Origin: Octopus sinensis
Lineage: Eukaryota
Direction: 5' to 3'
Assembly: GCF_006345805.1 (NCBI RefSeq)
Contig: NC_043000.1
Coordinates: forward strand, 105,710,001-105,774,000
Length of the DNA stretch: 64,000 nt
The first letter of the stretch is position 1. The number at the start of each line of letters is the position of its first letter. The translations under genes were made by a program, and so were the position numbers. This document shows, in pieces, positions 53,201 through 64,000 of the stretch. The notes below the pieces were generated by a model. The model searched no databases. It was not told the DNA's origin and saw only the letters and a program-made list of their open reading frames with translations.

Positions 53201-55960
53201 ATAGGCAGTGAGTATACATATCCCAAAAGACTCTTGTGATCTCATGTGAGTCTAGAATTAAGTAATTAAAATAATTATATAAGCTAATGAGGGAGTCTCT
53301 GTATGATGACTTGGCCTGCTATGAATAGCATCAAATTCCTTTCAATCAGACCATCTCTTCTTGAAACAGAGCATGTTATTGAAGTATCCTGCACATAAAA
53401 AAGGCAGGATGGTCATAGCAGGAACGCATTTGATTGCAAGTCTACTCAAACTGGGCTGGTCTAGGGCGAAACAAGACAATTGTGGAATATCTAATACTAC
53501 ATTAACTGAACAACAAAGGAAGAACATTGTAATTAGCAATGTAATATATGACAAGAAGCAGTCATTTATGTTGCTTTTCTTAATCTCTTAGGATTGTTTG
53601 TTGCAATTGTGATGAATTCATATGTCCTCATGATCAGTTTCCAAAATTATGTTATCTTTTATCATTTGTTTAAGAGAGATAATATACCCAAAGGTTTGCA
53701 GTTTTCATCAGAGTTATTTTGATTCAGAAGCTTGAGATAACTGGCTTGTTGGAACTGTATTAGTCTTCCCATTACAAAATGAATTAGGAAGTGGTGGTAA
53801 GGGTATATTTCAATCATCAGCAATTTGAAACTAATGCGTTATTTTCTTTTTCAACAATAAATCATCAACAGAGCTTAGAGCACTTAACAAAGGTGAATAA
53901 TGAGAGGTATATGAATGATAGAATGAGAAGTTGCTTTTCTTAATGTTAAATATACAATACTGTTAAATATAGGAGTTGTCTATTTTAATATTACAATATC
54001 AAGTGATAAACAATGCCAAGGCTTTGTTGATGGTATAAGCTAGCCAGTTGTAATTTTGATGAAGTTGGAGTCAGTGAATACATGACATTTTGAAGGCTTG
54101 TCAAATACAGCATGGCTGTATGATAAGAAGTTTGTTTTCCAACCAAGTGGTTCCAGATTCAGTCTCACTGTGTGGCACCTTGGGTTAGTGTCTACTACTA
54201 TAGCCCCGGGTCGACCAAAGTCTTGCAAATGGAGTCCAAATGAATCCTATCTCATATATATATCTCTTATTATAAAAGGCAGATTTTATCTGCCTCCCTT
54301 TGTCAGTTATAGAAATCTACAAAATAGGATTTCTTCAATTACAATTTACCTAGCATTTTTAAGAGTAGAATGCATCGGGTCATGCCAGGTCCAGTTTTTA
54401 AAATTTTAACTCCAATTAAGCAAAATTTACAGAAAACTCACATTCTGGTGTGTATGTCAAATGCTTTTCTTAATGTGGTTTACACCACACGCACACACAC
54501 AGTGTGCAACGAATAAACTGAAAGTAATTCACTGTGTGTGTGCTGACAGGTAGACAATAGAATGCGATGGCGATGTAATATTTGTTTCTGTCTATCACGC
54601 TGATAGATACATGAGTAAAATGTATGGCAAGCTAAGAGATAAGAGTGAGTGAAAATGTTCTTGGAAGAGAGTAAATAGCGACAGAGTGATTTGAGGAAGA
54701 CTAAACTGAAAGTATTTCTATAAAACGGATCATTCATGCTATCAATATAATTTCTCCCACTTTCTCTTTGCAAGTGTATCTGTGTGCTTGTGTCTGTGTT
54801 TGTTTATGTCCTTGTAACTTAGTGGTTCAGCAAAATGACTGACAGAATAAGGACCATGCTTAGAAAATAAGTACTGGGGTTGATTTATTTGACTAAAACC
54901 CTTCAAGGTGCTGCTCAAGCACGGTCGCATTCCAATGAGTGAAACAAGTAGAATATGAAAAAACACATTATTAAATTTTGAATAAGGACAGTCAAACATG
55001 GAAGTAATTCAATTTGAAGAGTCAAAAATAGTGGTGATATTCTGAGATGACAGAATCAAATATTCTACAGACAATGAAATCTGCAGTTATGACGTAGCTT
55101 CTATAGTTACTCCAATATAATATTTACAATTGTTTTTCCAATATATTAAGTTTGGTTCCATTTATAGATCTAGGTTTTTGAGATAGTTTGGAGTATGATT
55201 TAATACTTAGCATTTTCATAATACCTTCATGAATCATAAACAAATCCCAACAAACCACCATTGATTTCACTCATTTGCAGTGCCCTAAAGAAATTTCCAT
55301 TTAGGCATTTGATGAAATGATACTGTTGATAATACTATTGGGTTATGCAGAACCTTCTCTACAGATATTTAACATTTTTGACACACACACACAAAAAGTT
55401 TTAGCCTGAACTGAAGTTAATTTCCCAAAAGCAATAACAAAGGACTATGGCCATCCATAAACTCATAATCAACTCTACCACCTGAACTGTAGGCAATGCA
55501 TCCTGTAAAAGGCTTGTTAACTTTATAAAAGAATTTCTCTAAAACCACTTCTACAAATGATATAGGGTATTTACAATATTTGGATATTTGTCAAAGAGAA
55601 GTAACAAAGTCACAAATAGGTTGACAAAAGCTGTTGTTTCAATGAATATAGTTTTACTTGTTTCAAACGAGATAATAATAAAAGAGTTGATTTTTATTGA
55701 TGCTGAAATTGGTTATAGTATACAAAGTGTAAAAATTTTGCAACCCATAACCTCAAGGATTCAGTATCTAACCATAGACATATTTCCTAACTTCAGAAGT
55801 TGTTGCTTAATGAAGCCATTCCATCCACCTTTTGTAAGAAATAGGAAGCAAGTATAATTTTGCCGTTAGTAATTAGCAAAATAATATAAGACAATTATAA
55901 AAATAACCAACACTACAATAGATCACAAGTGTCCTAAACACATATTTATTTTTTTAATAG

Positions 55961-56012
55961 CCAACCAACCAACCAACCAACCAACCAACCAACCAACCAA
56001 CCAACCAACCAA
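55961..56012. repeat. (CCAA)13 tetranucleotide microsatellite
   Basis: 13 perfect units, directly visible. Confidence 0.97.
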
Positions 56013-59000
56013 CTGTGAAGTATGGAATAGTGCTTGTAATCATCCAGGTAGATTTGACTAAATGTTATAAGCTATATCTTTCAATAAATAGTGCAGAAAT
56101 GGTGAAATATAAAAATAATGTTAAAGTGTATTAGTAACTTATGAAATATGCATAACTTGATAGACACATATACATGCATGCATATGTGACTGTATGTATG
56201 CATGCATGTATGCAATAATCAAACAATGAGTAACAGCAAATATTAATGTACAAATGAGAGGAGAAAGAATGGAAACATAAAACTTTATCACCTCTATCAC
56301 TCTGTTTCCTTAACACACTCTTGCTTCTTTCTCATACTTACCCCACTTCATCATTTGTAATCACCCTATCTTCTTCAACTCTATTGATCACATTGCCTCT
56401 TTTGTCTTCGGTATACAAGGCAACCTCACTAGTGTTGGTGTTATAATAAAATGCACCCAATACACTCAGTAATGTTATGAGCGTCTGAACAGAGAACATA
56501 TGGCCAAGAAACACATTAGTATGGTCTTGTCAGGACTTGATAACCTCTCTAGTATTGGTGCTATCATAAAATGCATGCAGAACACTTTGTAATGCCAAAC
56601 ATTCAACAGTACTTTTAAAAAATAAAGTTTGCAATACAAAACTGGCAACAGTCAACAAATTGAGGGCAGCCATTGAACAATAATGTACACAAGTACTGAA
56701 CAAAATGTTTCTTGATAATTGCGATTCCATTATTTTGCATTATCAGTAGTGCCTGGACCAGAATCAGTTTGAAAATAGGTGTTCATAAAACGAACGAAAT
56801 TCAACCTGTAGATTCCATTAAATTTTGAGAATGAAATATGTATACATTCTTTTTTGCATACCCTGTGCATGTGTCACACATAAGCCATTGGTTTGTTTGT
56901 TATGGTAGAACATTTTCCCAAGGTACCACACAGCAGTTGCAAGGCAAGCCTCTCTGTTCCTGTTACTAACCCATACCTGTTTTTTCAAGGAAAGGATTTC
57001 TTATTTCACATGTCTTTGAAGGTGAAAGTGAGTGGATGATATGTTGATAGAAGTGACAACAACACTACTCCTACCTCCACACAAAGGCACACACACACAT
57101 AAATATGCACGATGGGATTCTTTCAGTTACTGTTACCAAATACTATAGCCAAAGTCTTTAGTTGGCCTGGGACTGTAGAAAATGACCTTGCTCAAGGTTC
57201 TGTGCAGTGGGGCTAAAACCTGAAACACATGGTTAGAAAACGAACCTTTAACCATACAACCATGTCTGCAATCTATTGACTGTACTATTAACCTTATCTA
57301 TAGAATTTTTATTTACAGCTTGCTCTGTTCAATATATTCACTAATTACCTTCATATAACCTTATTTCCCATAAATCTATATTTGCCCGTGCTAAGACTGA
57401 ACAAATGATCTACTCTCTTACACATATGCGCGTGCGCACACACACACTCTCTCTCAGTGGTTAACTACTTTTGATGTATTCAAATATACTTAAGTATGTG
57501 TATACTTGAATACATTATAATCTTCACCTCATATTCTGCACACTGCTTTCCAATATCTATTTTAACTCTACTGATTATAATAGGAACCAATAATAATTAT
57601 TACTGGTTATAGAAAGGGATTTAGATTTAATGATTCTCAAATTGTTTTGCTAAGGATTTAGACGACACTATTAGAGACATGATGCATTTAGAAGAAATGT
57701 GGAAAAGTAGTTGCAAATTAATTGCACTGTGTGCTGTCACAGACTTCAAATCCAATAAAACATGCTTTAGAGGTAGATCTTCACCCTCCTGAGCAATTTG
57801 ATTACAATTAAATGTGGGCGAGATAGAAGTTTAAAGTAAAAGAAAGTCAAAGATTAATACAAGTATTTCACTAATTATTGCCTTGACCAATCTACATACA
57901 GCATGGTACATTAAGTAGTATTGAATAAAGAAAAACGAAGCTGAAACTTACACCATATCAAAGACATGAAAAGTTATTATCAAATGTGAAAAAAAATTGC
58001 ATTATACACACAGAAACAAATATGTTTGGGTTATAAGTACATCATATGTATATATATGTGTGTGTGTGTATACATATTCACAGAAAATATTGAACATTTA
58101 CACAAAAGCAACCAAAGCTCTCTGGGTAGGCAGTTGAAGAGTTGTCCCTACAAGATTAGAAAGAGAAAGCTGGTTAGAAAAAGTTTCCATTAGATTAGCA
58201 GAAGGCTTCAGCTGATCTGTGATTTCTGAGACGCAGACCAATAGAGCCAAAATGACAGGGTTGCAATATTATAGCAAATGTGCAGCAGTGCAGTTAGCAA
58301 GAGTAATAATAATAAAAAAAGTCATGGAAAAGCTTGATAAGGCTTTGTCAAAGTGCTCTACAACTGATCTGGTTCAGGAAACACGCAGCCGTTTTTGGTT
58401 CTCTCTCTCACTCTCTCTCTTTGACACACTCAAGTAAAATGTAAGAATTGCTGATGAATTTATAAAGTATTTTAAAAGATAAGTTCTGCCTCTAACAGCT
58501 TACAATTATGAGTAGTGATAATTATACATTTACAAAAGCATCAGTAAATGACAATTACAACTTTTTTCTTTTTGTTTTTCAAAATGTATTAACATTATTG
58601 CCAGAACATGACTTTCACAGAGAGCACACAGCAGAGACTAACCATGTGCTACCATGTATTTCATTTGGCCATTAAAAAATAATTTAAAACTCTAATCCAG
58701 AGTAAAACAAACAGAATTGATAACCAAAGTATCTAAACTTATAAAAATATAACAGATAATAATTAAACTAAAAACTGAGGACACATGTTTAAAGTAATAA
58801 TAATTTGATATAAAACTATAAGTAAATAAAAAAAAACGAAAAAAAGAAAATATTCCACAGGTTTTAATCTTTTTGTTGTTTAAATGAGATTAATATTCTC
58901 AAAATAAAAGTTAACTTCTAAACACCTTGTAACCAACCAAATATTCTACAATTGAGTATAGCTTTTATTCATTGTTATGAAATGCTTCTTATGTATCATA

Positions 59001-59176
59001 GATTAAAGAATTTAGTGTAAACAATATAAGGCATTGTATATAACAATTTGACAATATATCTAATGTAACATCTTATATATTCTCTAACCCTAACCAAAAA
59101 AATCTAATCCCCACCTCTTTCTATATATATATATATATATATACTTTATTTTAAGCAGCAGAAAATTCAACAAAAT

Positions 59177-59214
59177 CTGTTACTCTGAGTTTCTCGTTGC
59201 CGTTCATCAGACAG
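59177..59214 (-). ncRNA. Minimal type I hammerhead ribozyme, minus-strand copy (sense to RFX pre-mRNA)
   Basis: Exact mirror of 59230-59267. Confidence 0.7.
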
Positions 59215-59229
59215 TTTTGCTAGCAAAAA

Positions 59230-59267
59230 CTGTCTGATGAACGGCAACGAGAAACTCAGAGTAACAG
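59230..59267 (+). ncRNA. Minimal type I hammerhead ribozyme, plus-strand copy
   Basis: CTGT-CTGATGA-ACG(GCAA)CGA-GAAA-CTC(A)GAG-TA^-ACAG. The core is intact; the first stem II pair is an A-A mismatch. Confidence 0.7.
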
Positions 59268-60705
59268 ATTTTGTTGAATTTTCTGCTGCTTAAAATAAAG
59301 CATATTACTCTACCACTGGTATTTGAGTACTCTTTTTTCCACCTTGTTTCACATTTATGTGTTTACTCTGGTATATATATATAGATTGCTCATTCTGTGT
59401 TTCTTTTATACATTTTGTATGTGAAGTAAGTTGAAGATAGTGAAACAGAAAACATTTCCTACAGTTTTATATTCAAACCTAAAAGTCTTTTTGCTTGGGG
59501 AAGAAGCTAACATATCAGCATCATTAGTGTATATGAATATTGCTCACAGTATATTAAATAGGAAGGTATTGAGGAAAAATATATCATTATCACTGATGAA
59601 GAAATGTACATTGGGATTTCAAATATAATGCACTAGATTCATAGACCATTGTGCCATACTGAACTGATTATTGGATTATTTTCAATGGTTTTCCACCAAC
59701 TTATCAGTATACTTCAGATTATATACTAATTATTATTTTAAAATATTTTTCTCTGTGAATGAAATGCATATTTTAAGGAGTATTTATAAGTGTTTAAACC
59801 CACAACCATCTTAAATAGCTGAAGAATAAAAGCAAATTAAGTACAAGGAAGATTAAACAAAACGCTAATTTACCTCAAACTAAATTTAAATTATCAATAA
59901 TTTAATTGTGATAAATATATAGCTTAATATTAAAAAATATTAAAATGGATTATATTTAAACATAAAACTCGACAAATGATCCTCACTAATAATGTTAAAT
60001 TAGTACTAATTTCCTGTACTGACATAAAGCCACAGATTTTGAGTAAAAGTACAGGCAATTTAATTAACCTTCATATTTTATCAACATGAGAAAAATAAAA
60101 AGGTAGTGGTACTTAAATTCAGAACATACAGACCAGTAACTAAATTTCCACAAGCATTTTTACTCTACTGATTTTATTATCCAGAGCCCTTGCTTAATCG
60201 ATATTAAATATTAACCATTTAATTTAAATGGTTATATCCACAAATATTATTTTAAAAAAACAGAGTCTTCCAAAATCCTGGTAACAATTTAACAACTGAT
60301 ATGTAAAGAAAAAACTAGTCAAACTAAAACCTGCATTTGAAATCTGGAGTTTTCTTAATTACCTACAATTAACAAATTAATACACATAAAGCTTTCAACT
60401 TATAGTTTTAAACTAGCAGAAAATTTTGTATAGTGAAGAAAAAGATCTAACTTGACAAATACATCCACTTCTAACTGTAGAGTAAAACATAGTTAGGATG
60501 GCCTAAGAGCTGTTAAATAAAGGCATATGAAGTAAGTAATTATTTGCTTCATGCCCAAATTTAAGCCTAAGTAGCAAAAGCAAATAGCAAATTACCAACA
60601 AAAGCAGGAGGAAAAAAACAAAACAAAACAACTAACAGATGCATGCAAGCCAAATAGTTTTAGCCAACAAATTCACATCTAAATTCATCAACAATTCAGT
60701 CGTAC

Positions 60706-60844
60706 ATTTGGCCATTGGCAGCTGAGTAGATAGCTTGGTCATTGGCTTCTACGTACTGGACATGTGCAGAATACACTGTTTGACCAGGTTGCTGGATGGA
60801 TGCCTGTTCATGGACCTGCTCAGCAGTTGACTCGGGAACTGAGG
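60706..60844 (-). CDS. RFX: RFX visible exon 1 (..SVPESTAEQVHEQASIQQPGQTVYSAHVQYVEANDQAIYSAANGQ-M)
   Basis: Acceptor tttgtttcag, donor AT|gtacga; 139 nt, phase 1 to 2. The QVQYVE-like motif is typical of RFX1-3 N-termini. An alternative acceptor lies 6 nt inside (60838). Confidence 0.85.
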
Positions 60845-63800
60845 CTGAAACAAACAAAAGATGGGGGAAAAACATTCTAACAAAGAGAACAGTGGAAATG
60901 TAATAATTTACTTCTATTTTAAATGTTGCAATAAGTTTCAAACTAGAATATTATTGAAAATGAAAGAAGAAAAAGAAAGGAATCTTGCACAGAAGGTCGG
61001 TTTAATATTTCTTTGAAGGAATTTAGATATATGCTTCAAAGAAAAAGTTTTCTTAAACAATGGAAATAAATAGATTGATAAAAAAAAAAAGACAACTTAT
61101 GTAATTGATATAGTAGAATAGGTGAAAAGTAGGAACATTTAAAAAATTTTAACTACTAAATGTCACTCAAAGCATGCTAAATAAGAAAAGACCAGCAAAC
61201 ACATTTGTACTTGCTAAAAACATTTCTATCCAAAAAAATTCCAGTAATTAGACCATTAGATTGGAAATGCATTAAATTTGTGGGTAAAAGAGTTGACCAA
61301 CTCAAAAGAGGTTTACTGTAGCAGAATACAAAAATTAAAAATTATTTAAAAGTTATTCTGACTCTGATATCCTTACACCTATAGCTCTCATCTCCCCACT
61401 ATTTAACTATATAATGCTACCCAAGTAACAAGCGATGGCACTTGTCTGAATCCAGTCACTCACCGTCATCTCTATCACTAAGATAGATGCCTATGAAAAA
61501 CAGATGCATTGAATTTGCATGTAATCAATACACTCTACTATGATGCTTTTCCGTACTACCAATCACCCATCATCACTCATTTCAATAACTACCTATCATG
61601 TAATCTTTCTTCTAAACTAGCAGTAGCTAATTTGTTATTGTGGAAGAGATTCAATGACATACTTCTATCATTCATTCTTTCTCCCATATATCCTCTCGTG
61701 CAAATGGAGATGCTGTAAGGTCTCTCTCAACTATGTGGGGGGCAAAAGACAGCCATGCTAGCGCCACAATAAAATACACCCACCACACACTGCAGAGTGG
61801 ATAGCAAATAACAAGTGTTGAGAGGACCCTTTAGCTTATCTGAGGGCATGACAACCACTCTAGTGTTACTATCACACCCAGTACATTCTGTAAAATGGTT
61901 GGTGCTAGGCAGGGTATCCAACTGTAGAAACCATGTTTAACATAGAACTCACGATAAAGACAAAGTCTTTTGTCTTATATCAGAGGACAGTAGTTCCAAA
62001 TAAGGACATGTGGTGTGATGACTCTTTAACTAGCATAGAAAGCAGATGTATAATGATGATAATTTTCTTACAAAAGAACTCAATTGCTTAAAATGTTAGG
62101 TACACACATGCATAAATCTATCTTAACTACATTTTAGAGCCATTATAGCCATCTAATAATGCACAAAGCCTGTTACATTCACTATCCATTTATTTCAAAA
62201 GGTGAAAATAACAATTTTTTCTTTGTGTTTTAGAAGGCTCTAGCCTTGCCCCTTTCATGAGATAATTGCTTCAGTTTCATCACACAATCTCAGAGCAGGC
62301 CACTTGCCAAATTAGTACAATCTGAACTGTGCATATGTATGTATGTATGTATATATATATCATCATCATCATCATATATGCACACACACAATATACCAAC
62401 TATAGTCAGTAAGTAATAAAAACATTACACTACTAACAACAAAATTCTAAGTTCAAACAAACCCTGTCAATGACTGGGTTTGCAGTATTATCTACAGATA
62501 CATGACATTCAGCAATTCCCTGTTCACTCTACATATTCCACAACAAACTTGTAAACCACAAGGCTATCCAGCTATGAGGTAACAGCAACCCATGCAAATA
62601 TTCAAAAATCAACCTGTATTATCATACAGAGATGCTAAAAATACTGAGTGACAGTGAGAAGGAAAGCAGAAAGAGTAACAGGCAGAATTTTAATTTGAGA
62701 AGTTCTAGTTTCCAGCCATTTGGCTGTGGGCATGCCAAGGTACCAAGGTAAAAAAAAAAAAAAAAAAAAAAGGGTCAGTAGCAAAAATACAAGTCAGGTA
62801 TTTAAAAATATATAGTCAAAGAAGGAAGGGAAATACACATGACCTTTGTTAGATTATAAGGTTGATGTGGAGGTTGAACTTATGTGTGCTGATGTCTGTA
62901 AGAAAAAAACCTGAGCAAGGACTGAGCTACAGTGGACTACAGTTTGGGGAAGGAATAATTGGGAAAAGTGTCAAGTAGCTTCAATGGATCAGGTGGATTT
63001 TCAGTGAAGGTGGTACACAGTTTGCTAGTTCAGAGAAGCAAAAAACCATTACAGCAGCCTCAGTCAGCTAGTGCTTGAAGTGAATATTTTATAATCAACT
63101 AGATGGTCTCTTACTGATCTTTGTGTATGTAGCAGCAGTGCTGTTCAGATATATAAGTAATACTTTAATGTGAGTTGCACTTGTGCTTTGTAGACTATCA
63201 GTAACTGATTAGGAGATTAAGATTTAAGTATTTTGGGGTATTGATAAGAAAGTCTAGACTTAAGGCTGGTTCAGTTGATTACACACCTCATTCAAAATGG
63301 TCAGCCTTGTATCAATAACTATCACAATTGATCCCAGTAGAACTTATGTGCAAGACAAAATACTGCAAGGTTTCTAATTCAGTATTCTACAATTTCTATA
63401 CAGAAGTTGATACAATGGACTACACTAACCACAACAAAAAACTGCTATTCATACAGTCAAAAGAAATTATTACTAATATTATTATATTAGCACTGTAATA
63501 GAAATAACTGTCTGATAGATATTTGTGACAAGCAACAGAATGGTGAATGTTGTTATAGCCACAGTGTGGTAGGATTTGCGACAGCACTAGAATGGTGTGT
63601 GTGTATCATTTGTACATGCTCATCACTAATGGTCTAAGTGTAGTGACAACGCCAGTAGTATGTTTTGTGATAGTACTTGAATGGTGAGAGATGCAGCACC
63701 AGTGATGAGTGTGTAAATGAGCTAGACTGATGAGTGTTGTGATTTGTGAATGCAGTATTCTTTTTAGACATAAGTGAAAAGCAGTCCCAACTGTTTTATA

Positions 63801-64000
63801 TAATATAATTAAGCTCAACTAGAACAACTTTTTAAATATTTGGAATTGTTAAGACAATGAAAATAAACAGAAATGCATTAGAAAATGGTGATCTATATTA
63901 GAAGACAAACATTTCAAAGTTAGTGCATTTCAGTGCATCTGTTAGTTTGCCTAGTAAACTATTTCAGCAAGCCCTGGTAGGTGGAGGTTAATAAGAATAA

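Larger units (their letters stand above)
59144..59300. repeat. 157-bp spacer-less palindrome (one 1-nt asymmetry) centred on GCTAGC
   Basis: The arms are exact reverse complements except T4 versus A5 next to the centre. Confidence 0.95.
32388..60844 (-). other. RFX: RFX-family transcription factor gene (RFX1/2/3, daf-19-like), 13 visible coding exons, 5' end not found
   Basis: RFX DNA-binding domain ([22 protein letters not shown]...RRLGTRGNSKYHYYGIRIK), HTTRASPAT linker, B/C regions and dimerization domain (LRRYTSLNHLAQAARAV; [37 protein letters not shown]). All introns are GT-AG and exon phases join into one open frame. Confidence 0.97.

Noticed and set aside
57475-57520. Small imperfect hairpin ATGTATTCAA...TTGAATACAT
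   Set aside because: Short and AT-rich; too weak to call a pre-miRNA or MITE.
63000-63818. Candidate upstream RFX exons (ORF 63606-63818; a 26-nt segment near 63110-63140)
   Set aside because: No RFX-like sequence or convincing acceptor/donor pair; upstream exons probably lie beyond the window.

Overview
Eukaryotic, AT-rich, repeat-dense animal DNA. The interspersed repeats ((GAT)n-tailed RTE 3' ends, tRNA-like SINEs, long TA microsatellites) match my recollection of octopus/coleoid cephalopod repeats; this is inference, not a database hit. The right half holds one protein-coding gene on the minus strand: an RFX1/2/3-type (daf-19-like) winged-helix transcription factor. I reconstructed 13 coding exons between 60844 and 32388, all with GT-AG sites and consistent phases (2144 nt, about 713 aa). 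Its 5' end was not found and is probably beyond the window. The left half has no recognisable host gene. It contains two Penelope-like element (PLE) relics, RTE LINE fragments, a Helitron helicase relic, fold-back MITEs, SINEs and microsatellites. Signals not explained by the ORF track: (i) hammerhead-ribozyme folds in several states, namely an intact one at a PLE head-to-tail junction (5104-5204), a non-canonical U3/C4/A8-core one (1574-1620), a perfect sense/antisense twin inside an RFX intron (59144-59300) and several dead copies; (ii) a TATA+Inr+17-nt first-exon cassette in an RFX intron that predicts a short in-frame isoform; (iii) a perfect RFX X-box carried by an RTE LINE fragment inside the RFX gene. 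All structures were read by eye; none was computed or tested.
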